This document shows, one piece after another, positions 45,289 to 58,817 of a stretch of DNA of 64,000 bases. The first letter of the stretch is position 1. Every line of letters starts with the position of its first letter. Location of the stretch: contig OZ024751.1 of the NCBI GenBank assembly GCA_964016885.1, positions 25,792,001 to 25,856,000 of the forward strand, given 5' to 3'. A program made the translations under genes and the position numbers. Under the pieces are notes generated by a model. The model had not been told where the DNA came from, made no database searches, and was given only the letters and a program-made list of their open reading frames with translations. This DNA comes from Eledone cirrhosa (lineage: Eukaryota).

Positions 45289-46319
45289 ATGATAATGATA
45301 ATAATAACAATTTCAAAGGTACGGAGTTCGATCATTGGTAGCGTCTGATGGCCATTTGCTCTCCGTTTCTAGAGGTTTTTATTCGATTTTCTAACTTATT
45401 ATTTACAGCCGTCGGCTCTAGTTACAGTTATGTCTTGCAGTATAGGATGTCAATATTTTCTAATGATAATAATATTGGTTCCTGATTTGGCCATAAGGTC
45501 AACAATTTGGAGGTGAGCAGAAACTCGTGGCTCCTTCAAAGACACCGTAGTTTCGCTTCCACGGGCCTCGGTTTTTTTTCTCAGTTTCTGAGAAAAACGT
45601 TATCCCTTGCTGGATTTTCTTTCAAGAATTTCTAATAAGGTACCGAGAGAAATTTCTCTCCACAAAAGAATATTGGTACATTTAACAAATAAATATGTTT
45701 ACGTAATTACTTTTATAATTAGAAAAGCCGATAAAAATCACAGCGAGTTTTTATCTTAATAGATGAGGACTCTATTAAATATTTCATACACAGCTTTTGT
45801 CTGTTAAACAGGATAGACAGATTCCTTTACCTGGAGCCAGTAAAATAATATTACAGATTTGAAGGGAAAATAAAGATAAATATTTTTAAATAATTATGTA
45901 GAATTTTCCATAATTCTATAGTCACGTGGGTGCTGGGTCAGGGCCGACGCTTACGAATCTTCTTGATGGGCGACAGCCAGCTTCGACTGGGCGAAACCCA
46001 TACTCCTCTAGGTCAAAGACGTTTCGGGTATGACAAATGATTGATGAGAAGCGGATCAGACAATAAGCCATTCTCTATCGACATCTTTGGCAGATATTAT
46101 ATACAATAGCTTATATTCATATACAATGTTCAACAGATTATTATTAAATGCAGAACCTTCCTATATACCGGCAGCATGGTATCATACTTGGACATCACAT
46201 GCAACTAATGTCCTATATATATACATATATATACATATATACATATATACATATATATACATATATACATATATACATATTTATATATGTTTAAATATAA
46301 AAGAACATAAATCACTATG

Positions 46320-46710
46320 TACACACACCATACGTATATATATATTTATAATTATATATATATATGTATAAATGTATGTGTATATGTATATATATTTATA
46401 CACGCACCACACGTATATATATATTTATAATTATATATATATGTATAAATGTATGTGTATATGTATATATATTTATACACGCACCACACGTATATATATA
46501 TTTATAATTATATATATATGTATAAATGTATGTGTATATGTATATATATTTATACACGCACCACACGTATATATATATTTATAATTATATATATATATGT
46601 ATAAATGTATGTGTATATGTATATATATTTATACACGCACCACACGTATATATATATTTATAATTATATATATATGTATAAATGTATGTGTATATGTATA
46701 TATATTTATG
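46320..46710. repeat. TA-rich tandem repeat of about 77 bp, about 5 copies
   Basis: Recurring TACACGCACCACACGTATA. Confidence 0.9.
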
Positions 46711-46866
46711 TGTATAAATACACTTATATATATATACTCATGCATATATGTACCTACAAATATATATGTACTTACAAAGATATATGCATACATGCATACA
46801 TGTAGTGTATATGTATGTGTGTTTGACTACCTTTACGCTCGCAAGTGTATATGAAAGAAGAAGTGC

Positions 46867-47516
46867 TGGAGTTATCTTACATACTCATATTTATAGACAG
46901 AACCACGGCCATTTTCTAAACTCCGTGGAGTTATCTTACATACTCATATTTATAGACAGAACCACTGCCATTTTCTAAACTCCGTGGAGTTATCTTACAT
47001 ACTCATATTTATAGACAGAACCACAGCCATTTTCTAAACTCGGTGGAGTTATCTTACATACTCATATTTATAGACAGAACCACAGCCATTTTCTAAACTC
47101 GGTGGAGTTATCTTACATACTCATATTTATAGACAGAACCACAGCCATTTTCTAAACTCCGTGGAGTTATCTTACTTACTCATATTTATAGACAGAACCA
47201 CAGCCATTTTCTAAACTCCGTGGAGTTATCTTACTTACTCATATTTATAGACAGAACCACAGCCATTTTCTAAACTCCGTGGAGTTATCTTACATACTCA
47301 TATTTATAGACAGAACCACACAGCCATTTTCTAAACTCCGTGGAGTTATCTTACTTACTCATATTTATAGACAGAACCACACAGCCATTTTCTAAACTCC
47401 GTGGAGTTATCTTACTTACTCATATTTATAGACAGAACCACACAGCCATTTTCTAAACTCCGTGGAGTTATCTTACTTACTCATATTTATAGACAGAACC
47501 ACACAGCCATTTTCTA
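46867..47516. repeat. 59-61-bp minisatellite, about 11 copies
   Basis: Unit CTCCGTGGAGTTATCTTACATACTCATATTTATAGACAGAACCACAGCCATTTTCTAAA. Confidence 0.97.
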
Positions 47517-47622
47517 CCGGGTTTTATTCAGTAACAAAATACAACTTAAAACATTTACTTGGATTGTTTGTTAAATGGAATATCATTATAATTTAGTGGA
47601 TTTAGTGGATTTAGTTAATTTA

Positions 47623-47812
47623 GGGCGGTGGATTGGCAGTATCGGTAGAGGGTCTGACGCCATGCTTTCCAGCATAGTTACGTCCCTTTACAATCTGAGT
47701 TCAAATCCCGCCGAGGTTGACTTTGCCTTTCATCCTTACGGGGTCGATAAAATAAAGTACCAGTAATGCGCTGGGTAATTTGCTGGCCTTGTGTCTAAAG
47801 TAGTAACAATTA
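47623..47812 (+). mobile_element. SINE family A, full length
   Basis: TSD ATTATAATTTAGTGGAT. Confidence 0.9.
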
Positions 47813-48273
47813 TAATTTAGTGGATCAGGAATTTCTTTCAATGTATTGTATGTCGTTTAACAATCACTTGCTGATAACTCTTACTAACGTATCTTCTCAA
47901 TTTTCTCTGACGAATATCAATATCGAAATGACGTTAAATGTACGCCAAATAATAATCAACAGTTTTTTTGTTTGCTTCATTGATTGCATGACTAAATGAA
48001 GTCTAATCCTGCAACATACCTGATAATGTAGCCAATCCTAATCAATGTGTTATTGTCGCACCTGGTAGCTATTTTGATCATATCTTCACACAAAAGGGCA
48101 TTCCATAGGTAATTATAAAAAAAAAAAAAGAACTCACTAATGAAATGTGCATCAATTAGAGAATAACAACCCATGACTACCGTATATATAGTGTATATAT
48201 GTATATATATATATGTGTGTGTGGGTGTGTATAAATATATATATGTATGTACTTGTGTACCAACACAAATATA

Positions 48274-48337
<64 letters not shown>

Positions 48338-48445
48338 GAAAATAGAGAAATTAATGTGAGCAAGAAGCCAACAGTAATCCATACATATATATGTATATAT
48401 ATATATAAAATATATATATATATATTATATATATATTATATATAT

Positions 48446-48621
<176 letters not shown>

Positions 48622-48690
48622 TTACTGTATAAATATATATATATATAATATATATATATGTATATATGCACATGTATATATGTATGTATG

Positions 48691-48746
<56 letters not shown>

Positions 48747-48766
48747 ATAAATGTATATATATATAA

Positions 48767-48875
<109 letters not shown>

Positions 48876-49035
48876 GCGGCGATGAATTAGTTTTGCGAGG
48901 TTTTTTATATGAAATCGTGTGTCGAAACAGATATTGTTATATTTGGGGAGGGTCATATTTGCGTAATATTGCCAGAATTAATAACAGATGTATGAATTAC
49001 TGTATAAATATATATATATATTATATATATATGTA

Positions 49036-49098
<63 letters not shown>

Positions 49099-49121
49099 GT
49101 ATGTATATATATATATAAATG

Positions 49122-49156
<35 letters not shown>

Positions 49157-49598
49157 GTGTGTGTGAGTGTGTGTGTGTGTGTGTGTATACAGTTAATACC
49201 ACAATTTCTGGAACTGAAAACAACACGATTGTTTTTGTAAATGTCAAATATAATTTATATATTTATAGACATGTAAATTTTAATCTATAATTTCGATTAG
49301 ACATCTATGTTTGTGCGTATTATATATATGTGCGTGTATGTATACATACACCCATACACACGCGCACACACGCACATATATAATATTGTGTCATTGATGT
49401 GAAGTCCTATATGTAAATCTTCGAATCACTCTTCAATTCTTGTCTTTTTTTCATAACACAATGTTTCTCCTATATATCATTATATGAAGGTTAAATAGGG
49501 AGACTTGTTACTATGGAGTTCCACCTGTTTATCACACATAATATCAAAACTCTGCTCCGTTATTGAGAACTCCTATCTCTCAGCTTTCAAACAGATAA

Positions 49599-49637
<39 letters not shown>

Positions 49638-49640
<3 letters not shown>

Positions 49641-49843
49641 CGAAGGAAATGTGGTAAGGAACCACATGGACCATAACGCACCAGAGTACTCAATACTTAG
49701 GGTAGTAGAGTGGGTAATATGAACAAGTATGACCCCGACGGCAGAGCTCAAGCCGTTTCGACGGCTAATTCTGGACTCAATTCTGTCCAGAATTAGCCGT
49801 CGAAACGGCTTGAGCTCTGCCGTCGGGGTCATACTTGTTCCTA
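49638..49843. mobile_element. TA-flanked fold-back insert (probable PLE pLTR)
   Basis: Inverted arms of about 56 bp containing CCGTCGAAACGGCTTGAGC; homologous oppositely oriented copy at 15958-16206. Confidence 0.7.
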
Positions 49844-49907
49844 TATATATATATAGATAGATAGATAGGTAAATATACACGGGTGTGTATGATTGTGTAT
49901 AGAAGAT

Positions 49908-50298
49908 TATATTAATAAGAGGAATTCCAGCTTTGTCTGATTTACTCGTTTTATTTACAATCCTTTAAAATATATATAATATGGTATTATAATGAAATAG
50001 TATGATAGAATATTAAATTCTAAGTGTTAATTGAACAAGTACTTTCATGCTTTCGCAATCTTCAGGTTCATGATATGTGGTGACAGTCGAGTTTGCAATT
50101 TTCAACAGTTGAAAATTGCAAACTCGACTGTCACCACATATCATGAACCTGAAGATTGCGAAAGCATGAAAGTACTTGTTCAATTAACACTTAGAATTTA
50201 ATATTCTATCATACTATTTCATTATAATACCATATTATATATATTTTAAAGGATTGTAAATAAAACGAGTAAATCAGACAAAGTTGGAATTCCTCTTA

Positions 50299-50306
<8 letters not shown>
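49908..50306. repeat. Near-perfect palindrome of about 399 bp with 1-nt loop (PLE pLTR fold-back)
   Basis: Centre CAAC-A-GTTG at 50107; one arm mismatch seen (CCAGCT vs AGTTGG). Confidence 0.92.
50144..50182 (+). ncRNA. Minimal type I hammerhead (mirror copy at 50032-50070, -)
   Basis: TGAAC CTGAAGA t TGC gaaa GCA t GAAAGTACTT|GTTCA, with a palindromic AAGTACTT stem III. Confidence 0.78.
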
Positions 50307-50365
<59 letters not shown>

Positions 50366-50515
50366 AGTAATAATAATAAATTTGAAGACTAAAATCCAAA
50401 GAGGGCTCGATAAGGTTAAATATATATCAGATATATAAGAACCGTAGACCAAATAATTATTAAAATAACAGATTAAAGTTTAAGCAAAGAATTGCTGCTT
50501 TCACCCTTAACGGGA
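50366..50515 (-). mobile_element. Truncated pLTR end of the CAGAAGA family
   Basis: Shares TAGTAATAATAATAAATTTGAA..CTAA..TCCAAAGAGGGCTCGATAAGG with 8024-8074 and carries the 3' half of the hammerhead. Confidence 0.65.
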
Positions 50516-50714
50516 GGATATATATATATATATATATATATCACAGATACATATATGAGTTTGGCTACCTTTCACGGTGTGGCTCAATGAAAAATTAATT
50601 AAGCAAATAATCATTAATCAGAGCTATATATAAAGTTTACGTGGTTGATTTATACGAACTAGGAATAGGAAATACTGTATATATTTTATCTAATAGTTCT
50701 TCAAACTTGCAATT

Positions 50715-51297
50715 TGAGTGCTACTGGTAACATGTAACCCTTTACAAGCTGTCGCATGGTCAGGGACTGATCCGGCAACTCCACCAAGTTTACTTGGTGA
50801 GGAGGGTGATTTTGGACACCCTGCAGGACAAAGAAAAAACCTGACAAAGGGTGGAAGAACTCATAAGTGTGTAAATATGTATATACATAAGTACATTTGT
50901 ATGTATATGTATATGTACATGGGTGCATATGTATGTATATGCGCGGGGACATAGAAATAGTCGGGCTGGACACCCGCTCGCGCGGTTAAACCACTGGGAC
51001 TGAAGGACCCCTAACCTTTGTCAGGGCATTCTTCTTGGAGAAGGCAATTGAGGAAACTGGGATAACTCCGATATAAAACCTGCGGCTCAGTAGTTACAGA
51101 TGATGTTGATCTTTTCTTCTATTCAGGTTATAGCTACTGTTGCCCAGAGAGTGGGATTGGCTCAGTGCACAGTCTTTCCTCACTTTAAAAAATATCTTCA
51201 TGCACAGGCATTGCACGATAGAATTAATTAATAATTATTAATAATGGTATATCGTGCAATGGCCATACTCGATACCGAGGGGGCAGCCATCATCATC
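50715..51297 (+). mobile_element. Diverged family C relative, interrupted by a microsatellite
   Basis: Shares TTGGTGAGGAGGGTGA.TTTGGACA and the 3' end CCATACTCGATACCGAGGGGGCAGCCATC; a 5' fragment also occurs at about 21630-21742 (-). Confidence 0.6.
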
Positions 51298-51486
51298 CTC
51301 ATATATGTATGTATATATATATATATGTATGTATATATGTATGTATGTATGTATGTTTATATGTATGTACAGTATGTATTTATGTATGTATTTATATATG
51401 TATGTAGGTATATAAGTATATATGTATGTATATATGCATATATGTATATATGTATATATGTATATATGTATATATGTATATATACA

Positions 51487-52050
51487 ACCTGTCTCATGGT
51501 CGGGTTGTTGACGACTAAACTGGCAACCCCACCAAGGTTTCTTGGTGAGGAGGGTGACTTTGGACATCTTGCAGGACTAAAAACAAAACCTGTCAAAGGG
51601 CAAAGGAGCTCTTAAGAGTCAATGGCCATCCAAAATCACCGGGAGAGATGACCTCTTAGCCTTTGTCAAGGCAGAATTCTAGGAGAAGGAAAACTCTGAT
51701 ATAACACCTGCAACCTTGATGGTATCCAATGATGTTGACTTGTTCTTCTTTTTGGTAAATATCATCTTGGTTAAGAGAGTGGGACTGGCTTTGTGCAGTG
51801 CCTTTGCCCACTATAAAAGCTTCACGGCACAGGTATTGCTTTATATCTGGAGATCTCTCTGCACTTGTCGTCACATGGTACCATGGGCCCAGCACTATGT
51901 GTCTATAATTGTCACAAGTCTAGTGTTTGTACCAGAGTTTTCAAGTCGCTGGCTGGACTAAAAAGTCACACTCGTTCAGCACATCGGTAGGGGCTCTCCT
52001 ACATGGATATAAGGTAGTGGCCGTACTCGAAAACGAGTTGGCAGCCACCA
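51487..52050 (+). mobile_element. Non-autonomous RTE-related element (family C) with (TATG)n tail
   Basis: Closely similar to 26780-27180 (-). Contains CTAGGAGAAGGAAAACTC, reminiscent of RTE 5' UTRs, and ends GTACTCGAAAACGAGTTGGCAGCCACC before a microsatellite. Confidence 0.65.
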
Positions 52051-52088
52051 TATATGTATATATGTATATATGTATGTATGTATATATG

Positions 52089-52122
<34 letters not shown>

Positions 52123-52769
52123 GATATACAGATGTTGGACTGGAATGCCAGGGAGTGTTATATTCCTTGTCAACCTTTTCAATAGAAATCCCTCCACAGT
52201 TCTCTTGGCTTCTGGCCATTGCTCTCTTTCCTAATCATCTGTTACAGACATATTCAATTAGTTAAACCTCCTTCTCTTCCTCTCACCCCCACCTCCCCCT
52301 CCCATCCCCCACCTGTTCCACCCCCACCACTCCCTCCTACCCTCACATCTTCCACCACCGCCTCTCCCTCCCACCCTCACATATTCCACCCCGCCCCTCC
52401 CTCCCACCCCCACATCTTCCACCCCCACCTCTCCCTCCCACCCCAACATCTTCCACCCCACCCCCACATCTTCCACCCCACCTCTCCCTCCCACCCCAAC
52501 ATCTTCCACCCCAACCCACATATTCCACCCCACCTCTCCATCCCACCCACCTCTTCCCCCTTCTCCCCTAACATATCTCCCCCCCCCCACATCTCCCACC
52601 TTTTGCTTCATGAGCCTCCTCCTCCGCCATATATCTCATTACTCTCCTCCGCCTTCTTCACTCTTTCCCTTGCCGTTTCTCCTCCCCCCCCCCCCAACTC
52701 CCCTGAAACTTGTTGAATCTAGTGTATGATATAATTCTGAATATAATATAATATAATAGCGAGCGATTT

Positions 52770-53420
52770 CACAAAAATGTGGCTGCTCTTTCTAACAGCT
52801 AAGTGACCACTAGAGACTCCGTCTTCAGTTGTGTTTAATGACGTCACTTCCTGTCACACAGCCCTCTCATGACAGCCACTACACTCGCCTATATACTACA
52901 ACCATACTATTTTTAACACAATAATTAAGCTTTGATGTTACCATATAGAAATTCCCTCGTTATCTCCAAATCACTGTTGTTGCTGCTACTGAATGTGCTT
53001 GTAAGGGACATCTGGCTGTTATTTCTAGCAGCTAAAGTTGCCATATAGGCATTACCTCACCTCATTAGCTCAGATTTATCACTGCTGTTGTTGTTGTTAC
53101 TGTAGTGTAGCTATATATCAATATATTGTGTTACAAATAATACGGAACATCCATATTGTATTTATCACAATATAGTGTGCTGTAAGCAATATCTGGCTGT
53201 TATTTCTAACAGTTAAAGTGACCATATAGAAATTCCTTCATTAGTTCAAACATCTCTTTGTTGTTGTTGCTGTTATTGCAACTGTTACTATGTTTTAAGA
53301 GCGGGTCATCATTTTTATATTAATATAAATGAATAAGGTGTGATGTGAGGAGGATTTGTCTATTGTTTCTACCAGCTAAAGCGACTATATAGAACTTCTT
53401 CTCATTAGCTCAGGCTACTG
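52770..53420 (+). repeat. Four diverged tandem copies of a short interspersed motif
   Basis: TGGCTGYTATTTCTARCAGCTAAAGTGACCATATAGA-like sequence at about 52780, 53013, 53193 and 53357. Confidence 0.7.
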
Positions 53421-53667
53421 ATGCTGTTATTGCTGTTGCTGTTGTTATTGTTATTGTGATAGATTGATATGAATGGGTTGATCAAGGAATTTCCCAATGG
53501 AGATCCGATATTAATTCCGTAAACAGCTCACACTGCAGGCTCTGATTGAAGCTAACCACTTACCTTGGTAACTCCCTCAAGGCTCGGCACTCTCCATTTG
53601 TCTAACCATCCATACCACACAACTCTAACAGTGCATGCAAACATACTTTATACAGATAAGCAGTCAC

Positions 53668-54460
53668 AGTCATCATCATCATCATCATCATCATTATCAT
53701 CGTCATCGCCATCTTTACAGTCATCATCATTATCATCATCATCGCCATCTTTACAGTCATCATTATCATCATCATCATCATCGCCATCTTTACAGTCATC
53801 ATCATCATTATCATCATCATCATCATCGCCATCTTTACAGTCATCATCATCATTATCATCATCATCATCGCCATCACCGATGTCATCACCATCACCATCA
53901 ACATCATCATCATCATCACAAGCATCATCACCACCATTGCAATCATCATCCTCATCAACATCATCATCACATCACCGATGTCATCAACATCATGGTGATG
54001 GTGGTGGTGTTGGTGGTGGTGGTGGTGGTTGTGGTGATGGTGGTGGTGGTGGTGTTGGTGGTGGTGGTGGTGGTTGTGGTGATGGTGGTGGTGGTGGTGG
54101 TGGTGGTGGTGGTGGTGGTTGTGGTGATGGTGGTGGTGGTGGTGGTGGTGGTGGTGGTGGTGGTGTTGGTGGTGGTGGTGGTGGTTGTGGTGATGGTGGT
54201 GGTGGTGGTGGTGGTGGTGGTGGTGGTGGTGGTGGTGGTGGTGGTGGTGGTTGTGGTGATGGTGGTGGTGGTGGTGGTGGTGGTGGCGGTGGTGGTGGTG
54301 GTGGTGGTGGTGGTGGTGGTGGTTGGGGAAATGCTGATGGTGGTGGTGGTGGTGGTGGTGGTGGTGGTGGTGGTGGTGGTGGTGGTGGTGGTGGTGGTTG
54401 TGGTGATGGTAGTGGTGGTGGCGGTGGTGGTGGTGGGGGGGGGGGGGGGGGGGGGGGATG
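53668..54460. repeat. (CAT)n followed by (GGT)n and poly-G
   Basis: Seen directly; explains the poly-Ser/His/Gly/Val ORFs. Confidence 0.97.
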
Positions 54461-55089
54461 CTGATGGTGTTAATAGTGACGACTATATAAGACTGTTACT
54501 GCAGCCAAACCTTAATTAATTTACTGCTCTATTTTGGTAGAGTCATGCTTCCAATAAAAACACATGCATCATGGAGTTCATCTTTTTAGAGTAACTGGAA
54601 TAGAGTCGAAACAAGCAGAAGGCACAAAGGGCGAAAGAGGTCATGAAAAAGATCAGTGTGTGACGAAAGAGCTTTAACGATCAAGTATGCGTTTGATTGC
54701 TAAACCTACTTGTGAATGGATTGGTTACTTACGAATAATGAAAACTGATGCGTGAGTTTTTGTTGGCAACATGATACCAGGTAAAGTATAACAATATATG
54801 TTTCAACACACGATTTCACACTAGGATTCTGGCATAATAAATGTAAAAATAAAATTAATATGATTGTTATTTAAGACTTTCAACGCAGTAAAAATGTCGA
54901 AAAAAAAGTGTTTCGATAAATATAAGGAATTCGGCAAGCTATATTTCGTTATATTTGTGTATAGGCACGTGGCACGTGGTTTCGTGTTCATGGTATTGGA
55001 CACACGGTTATTAGGTCGTCTGTTCGATTTATTGACAGGAAGGTAAGTTCGGTTCATAAAGATAACACTGTATTTTATGTTGACTTCCT

Positions 55090-55720
55090 GTCAACGGTTG
55101 TCACTGACAGATGGTATCAGCAATGGAAAGATCAGAAAAGGCATTGTTTAATTGGTCTCATCTGACGATCAGCTCCTTTCTTCTGCCAGGGGTTGTGATC
55201 AACAGATAGTATCAGTAGTGAAAAGATCAAATGAAATATTGTTTCTTTGGCTCGATCTAATGATCAGCACATTTCTTCTGCCAGGGGTTGTGATCAACAG
55301 ATAGTATCAGTAGTGAAAAGATCAAATGAAATATTGTTTCTTTGGCTCGATCTAATGATCAGCACATTTCTTCTGCCAGGAGTTATGACCAACCGATAGT
55401 ATTAGTAGTAAAAAGATCAAGGGAAATATTGTTTCTTTAGTCAAATCTAATGATCAGCTCCTTTCTTCTGCCAAGATCAACAGATAGTATCAGCAATAAA
55501 AAGATCAAAAGAAATATTATATCCTTTGTCCGATCTAATGATCAGCTCCGTTCTGCCAAGGGTTGTGACTGACAGACATTATCAGCAATAGAAAGACCAA
55601 TAGAAATATTGTTTCTTAGCTCTGATTTGACGATCATCTCCTTACTTCTGCCAGATTGTCTCAGCAATGGAAATAGCAATGGACACAATGTTTCCTCAGA
55701 CATTTCTGATGATCATCTTC
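55090..55720. repeat. 95-bp diverged tandem repeat, about 6-7 copies
   Basis: TTCTGCCAGG at 55181, 55276 and 55371; flanking units are decayed. Confidence 0.9.
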
Positions 55721-56760
55721 TTTCCTTTCTTTAACTCAGAGTTGTTCTCATCTGTGACATTATCTCTCACCAATCTCTGTATTGACTCTAGAACAGTATA
55801 TATAGTCCAACTATGACTTTAGCTATTCAATCACACACAAACTATCAAATTATTAAATTCTTTTTTGAATCGATAAAACGTCTCTTCCATGATGTAATGA
55901 GTTTAGTTTCAACACTGAGTCTCAAGTTAAATCAACTCCAAGACAATTTCAATTCCGTAATATATATATGTGTGGGGGGGGGGTTGCGTCTGTGTGTATG
56001 TATGTGTCTGTGTATGTGTGTATATGTGGGTGTTGGTGTGTGTATGTGGGTGTTGGTGTGTGTATGTGTGTGTGTGTGTGTATATATATATATCAAATCG
56101 GACCGAGGAAGCAATGTTTCCATGGGTCGTTCCAATTGCAAATACTATCTATCGGTCGCAACTCCAGGTAGAAGGAACAACGTGAAATGAAGTGTCTTGC
56201 TCAAGGACATAACGCTTCGCTCGGTCCGGGAATATTACCCGCCCTAAAGATCTATATATAAAATTACTACCAGAGGTCCGACGAGCCATTGATTACACAT
56301 TCGGGCTAGATCGATACAGATCGAACCTTGAGCTGATCAATAGCGCAACTTTTTCGGTATACATATATTGATACTGTCGCCACTTCCATTATTGATTCAT
56401 TGATTTATTGATCTATATATAAGCTGATATGCTATATGAATAAACTCTGATGATACGATTTTGAACCTATTTCTGATGATTGAAGTATAAAATCATAATG
56501 GAACTTTAGATAAAAGCTCTTTCTTCTTAAGAAAATTCTAACATTTCAGATTTCAGATTCTATAATCTCACATCCTCGACAAGGAATATCAGGCGGTTGA
56601 AACATTTGTTAGTTAGAATTCTTTATGTTTATATATATGCAGTTCTGTTTACATGGCAACACAAGAGCAAGAATGACGGAGTCATTCTACTGAGATGACT
56701 TTAAAGAGGCTGTTTGCATAATTGCAAACGAATCGAATATTATTATTAGTTGATTGGCAA

Positions 56761-56950
56761 GGGCGCTGAATTGGCAGTATCGGTAGAGGGTTGGACGCCA
56801 TGCTTTCCAGCATAGTTACGTCCCTTTACGATCTGAGTTCAAATCCCGCCGAGGTTGACTTTGCCTTTCATCCTTACGGGGTCGATAAAATAAAATACCA
56901 GTAATGCACTGGGTAATTGCTGGCCTTGTGCCGAAAGTAGAAACAATTAT
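56761..56950 (+). mobile_element. SINE family A, full length
   Basis: A box, B box, core and tail are all present. Confidence 0.9.
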
Positions 56951-56972
56951 TAATATTCGAAAAACCCAAATT

Positions 56973-57014
<42 letters not shown>

Positions 57015-57087
57015 ATTAATAAGGTAATGAATTCTTTTACAATGGAATCAGCTCGAATGATATATATATATATCTTGTATATTTATC

Positions 57088-57207
57088 AAAATAACAGATT
57101 AAAGTTTAAGCAAAGATCTTCTGAAACGGGATCTTCTGAAACACTTTCAGAAGATCCCGTTAAGGGTGAAAGCAGCGATTCTTTGCTTAAACTTTAATCT
57201 GTTATTT
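57088..57207. mobile_element. Fold-back fragment of the CAGAAGA-family pLTR (complete hammerhead core 57145-57203, +)
   Basis: An internally deleted minus-strand copy at 57093-57141 sits next to a plus-strand copy. Confidence 0.65.
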
Positions 57208-57448
57208 CAATAAATATTTGCTCTGCGGTTTTTATTTATTTTTTTACATATATTATCCTTAACTGTTCGGATTTATATCTTCACATTTTTTATTATTATT
57301 ACTATATATCTTGTATATTGTAGTTTTGTATATGAGTATTCCTATAACTTCGTACGCTTTAGGTGGTGTGGGCGAGCAACAGGAAAACAGGTGAAGTGAG
57401 AGCGACTCCAACTTCAAGGAGGTTCACTACCTTACATCTCTCTCTCAG

Positions 57449-57480
<32 letters not shown>

Positions 57481-57801
57481 CCCTCCCCTCTCTCTCTCTT
57501 TCTCTCCTCCCCCTCTCTCTCTCACTAATATTTATTTACTATTCATCAATATCAATAAGCGCTGTGTTTAACTAGACAAACTCATTTCTCAATCAACATC
57601 GTCTGCCATCGTCTGCCATCGTCTGCCAGAAGTTTAAATAATCGACTTTGCACTTTTCCTTTGCTTCAAGGTTTCAGTTATTTTCTTAAAATCTTTTTTT
57701 TTTACTTTATTCATTCGTTGGAGTTTTCTTATTTTTTTGTATAACACATACCCACACGCATACACACATACACACACTCACAGACACATACACACACATA
57801 C

Positions 57802-57857
<56 letters not shown>

Positions 57858-58065
57858 ACTGAAACTCTGATGAAACAATTGTTAATACGTGGATTAAATT
57901 CTTTTGTAACTGTTTACCTTCGTCCTATTTCTCTTCTTTGATTACACTCCTCGTTTGTTCGTGTTTCCACTACAGAATCCCTACCAACCTGTCGAGTCAC
58001 CTTAACGTATGTTGAGAACTTTCCTCACAACTTGTTCTACCAAGCTTTGGAATACTCCTAATAAC

Positions 58066-58143
<78 letters not shown>

Positions 58144-58817
58144 TGTATGTGTGTGTGTACTATTCGAATTACCCGCATCTTGCTGCGTTTCACACATTTT
58201 CTTTTTTTGTTATAAGAAAAAGTATGAAATTTGTAAAATTTGTAGGAGGAAAAAAATTTTTTTTTTGGGGGGGGGGGTAGGAGGACTGGAACGGAATAAT
58301 TATATTTTAATTAATTTCAATTGGAAAAATTGATTTGTAAAATGAGTAAATTGTAAAACGAATTCGTACTACGAGCTATTACTGTAGGCGATACCTCTTT
58401 GGTAGAAAGATATATACGTAGCCTATTAGGTATTGTAGGACCTGGTGAGATGGACATAATATGGACGATGAGAGGAGAGAGACAAGGGAGGTAAGAGTGC
58501 CTGGAATGACATAAAGTCATCGAGCTCCTAAGAATAGAAGCCATTGCAGTTGTGGTTGAATTGTGAGCCAGAGGGTTTATGATATCTATCACGGGGATTG
58601 CCACGGCTCACTAATTGTGTCCTGTTCTTGTTTAAGACGCAGCGATGTCTTACATACATGTACAATCAACAAAACAATAACATTATGGAATCGGAACCAA
58701 CCAATAGTGGCCCTAACTGTCCTCCATACATAGATTATGTTCCTTCCAGTATATTTACAAGTAATTCTTTGACTTTTATTTTAATGCTTTCTTTAATAAT
58801 AACATTATCAAATCCTA

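Noticed and set aside
46867-47516. CRISPR-like regular array
   Set aside because: Units are contiguous with no unique spacers, there are no cas genes, and the context is eukaryotic.
53565-54519. Ser/Gly-rich and His/Val-rich ORFs resembling structural proteins
   Set aside because: They are pure trinucleotide repeats open in several frames, with no signal peptide or splice context.
54600-55046. Candidate exon ending AG|GTAAGT (KKCFDKYKEFGKLYFVIFV...)
   Set aside because: It looks more like a decayed RTE RT segment (EKyrEF.K.LY..FVD). It is too degraded to call, as is 58400-58600.
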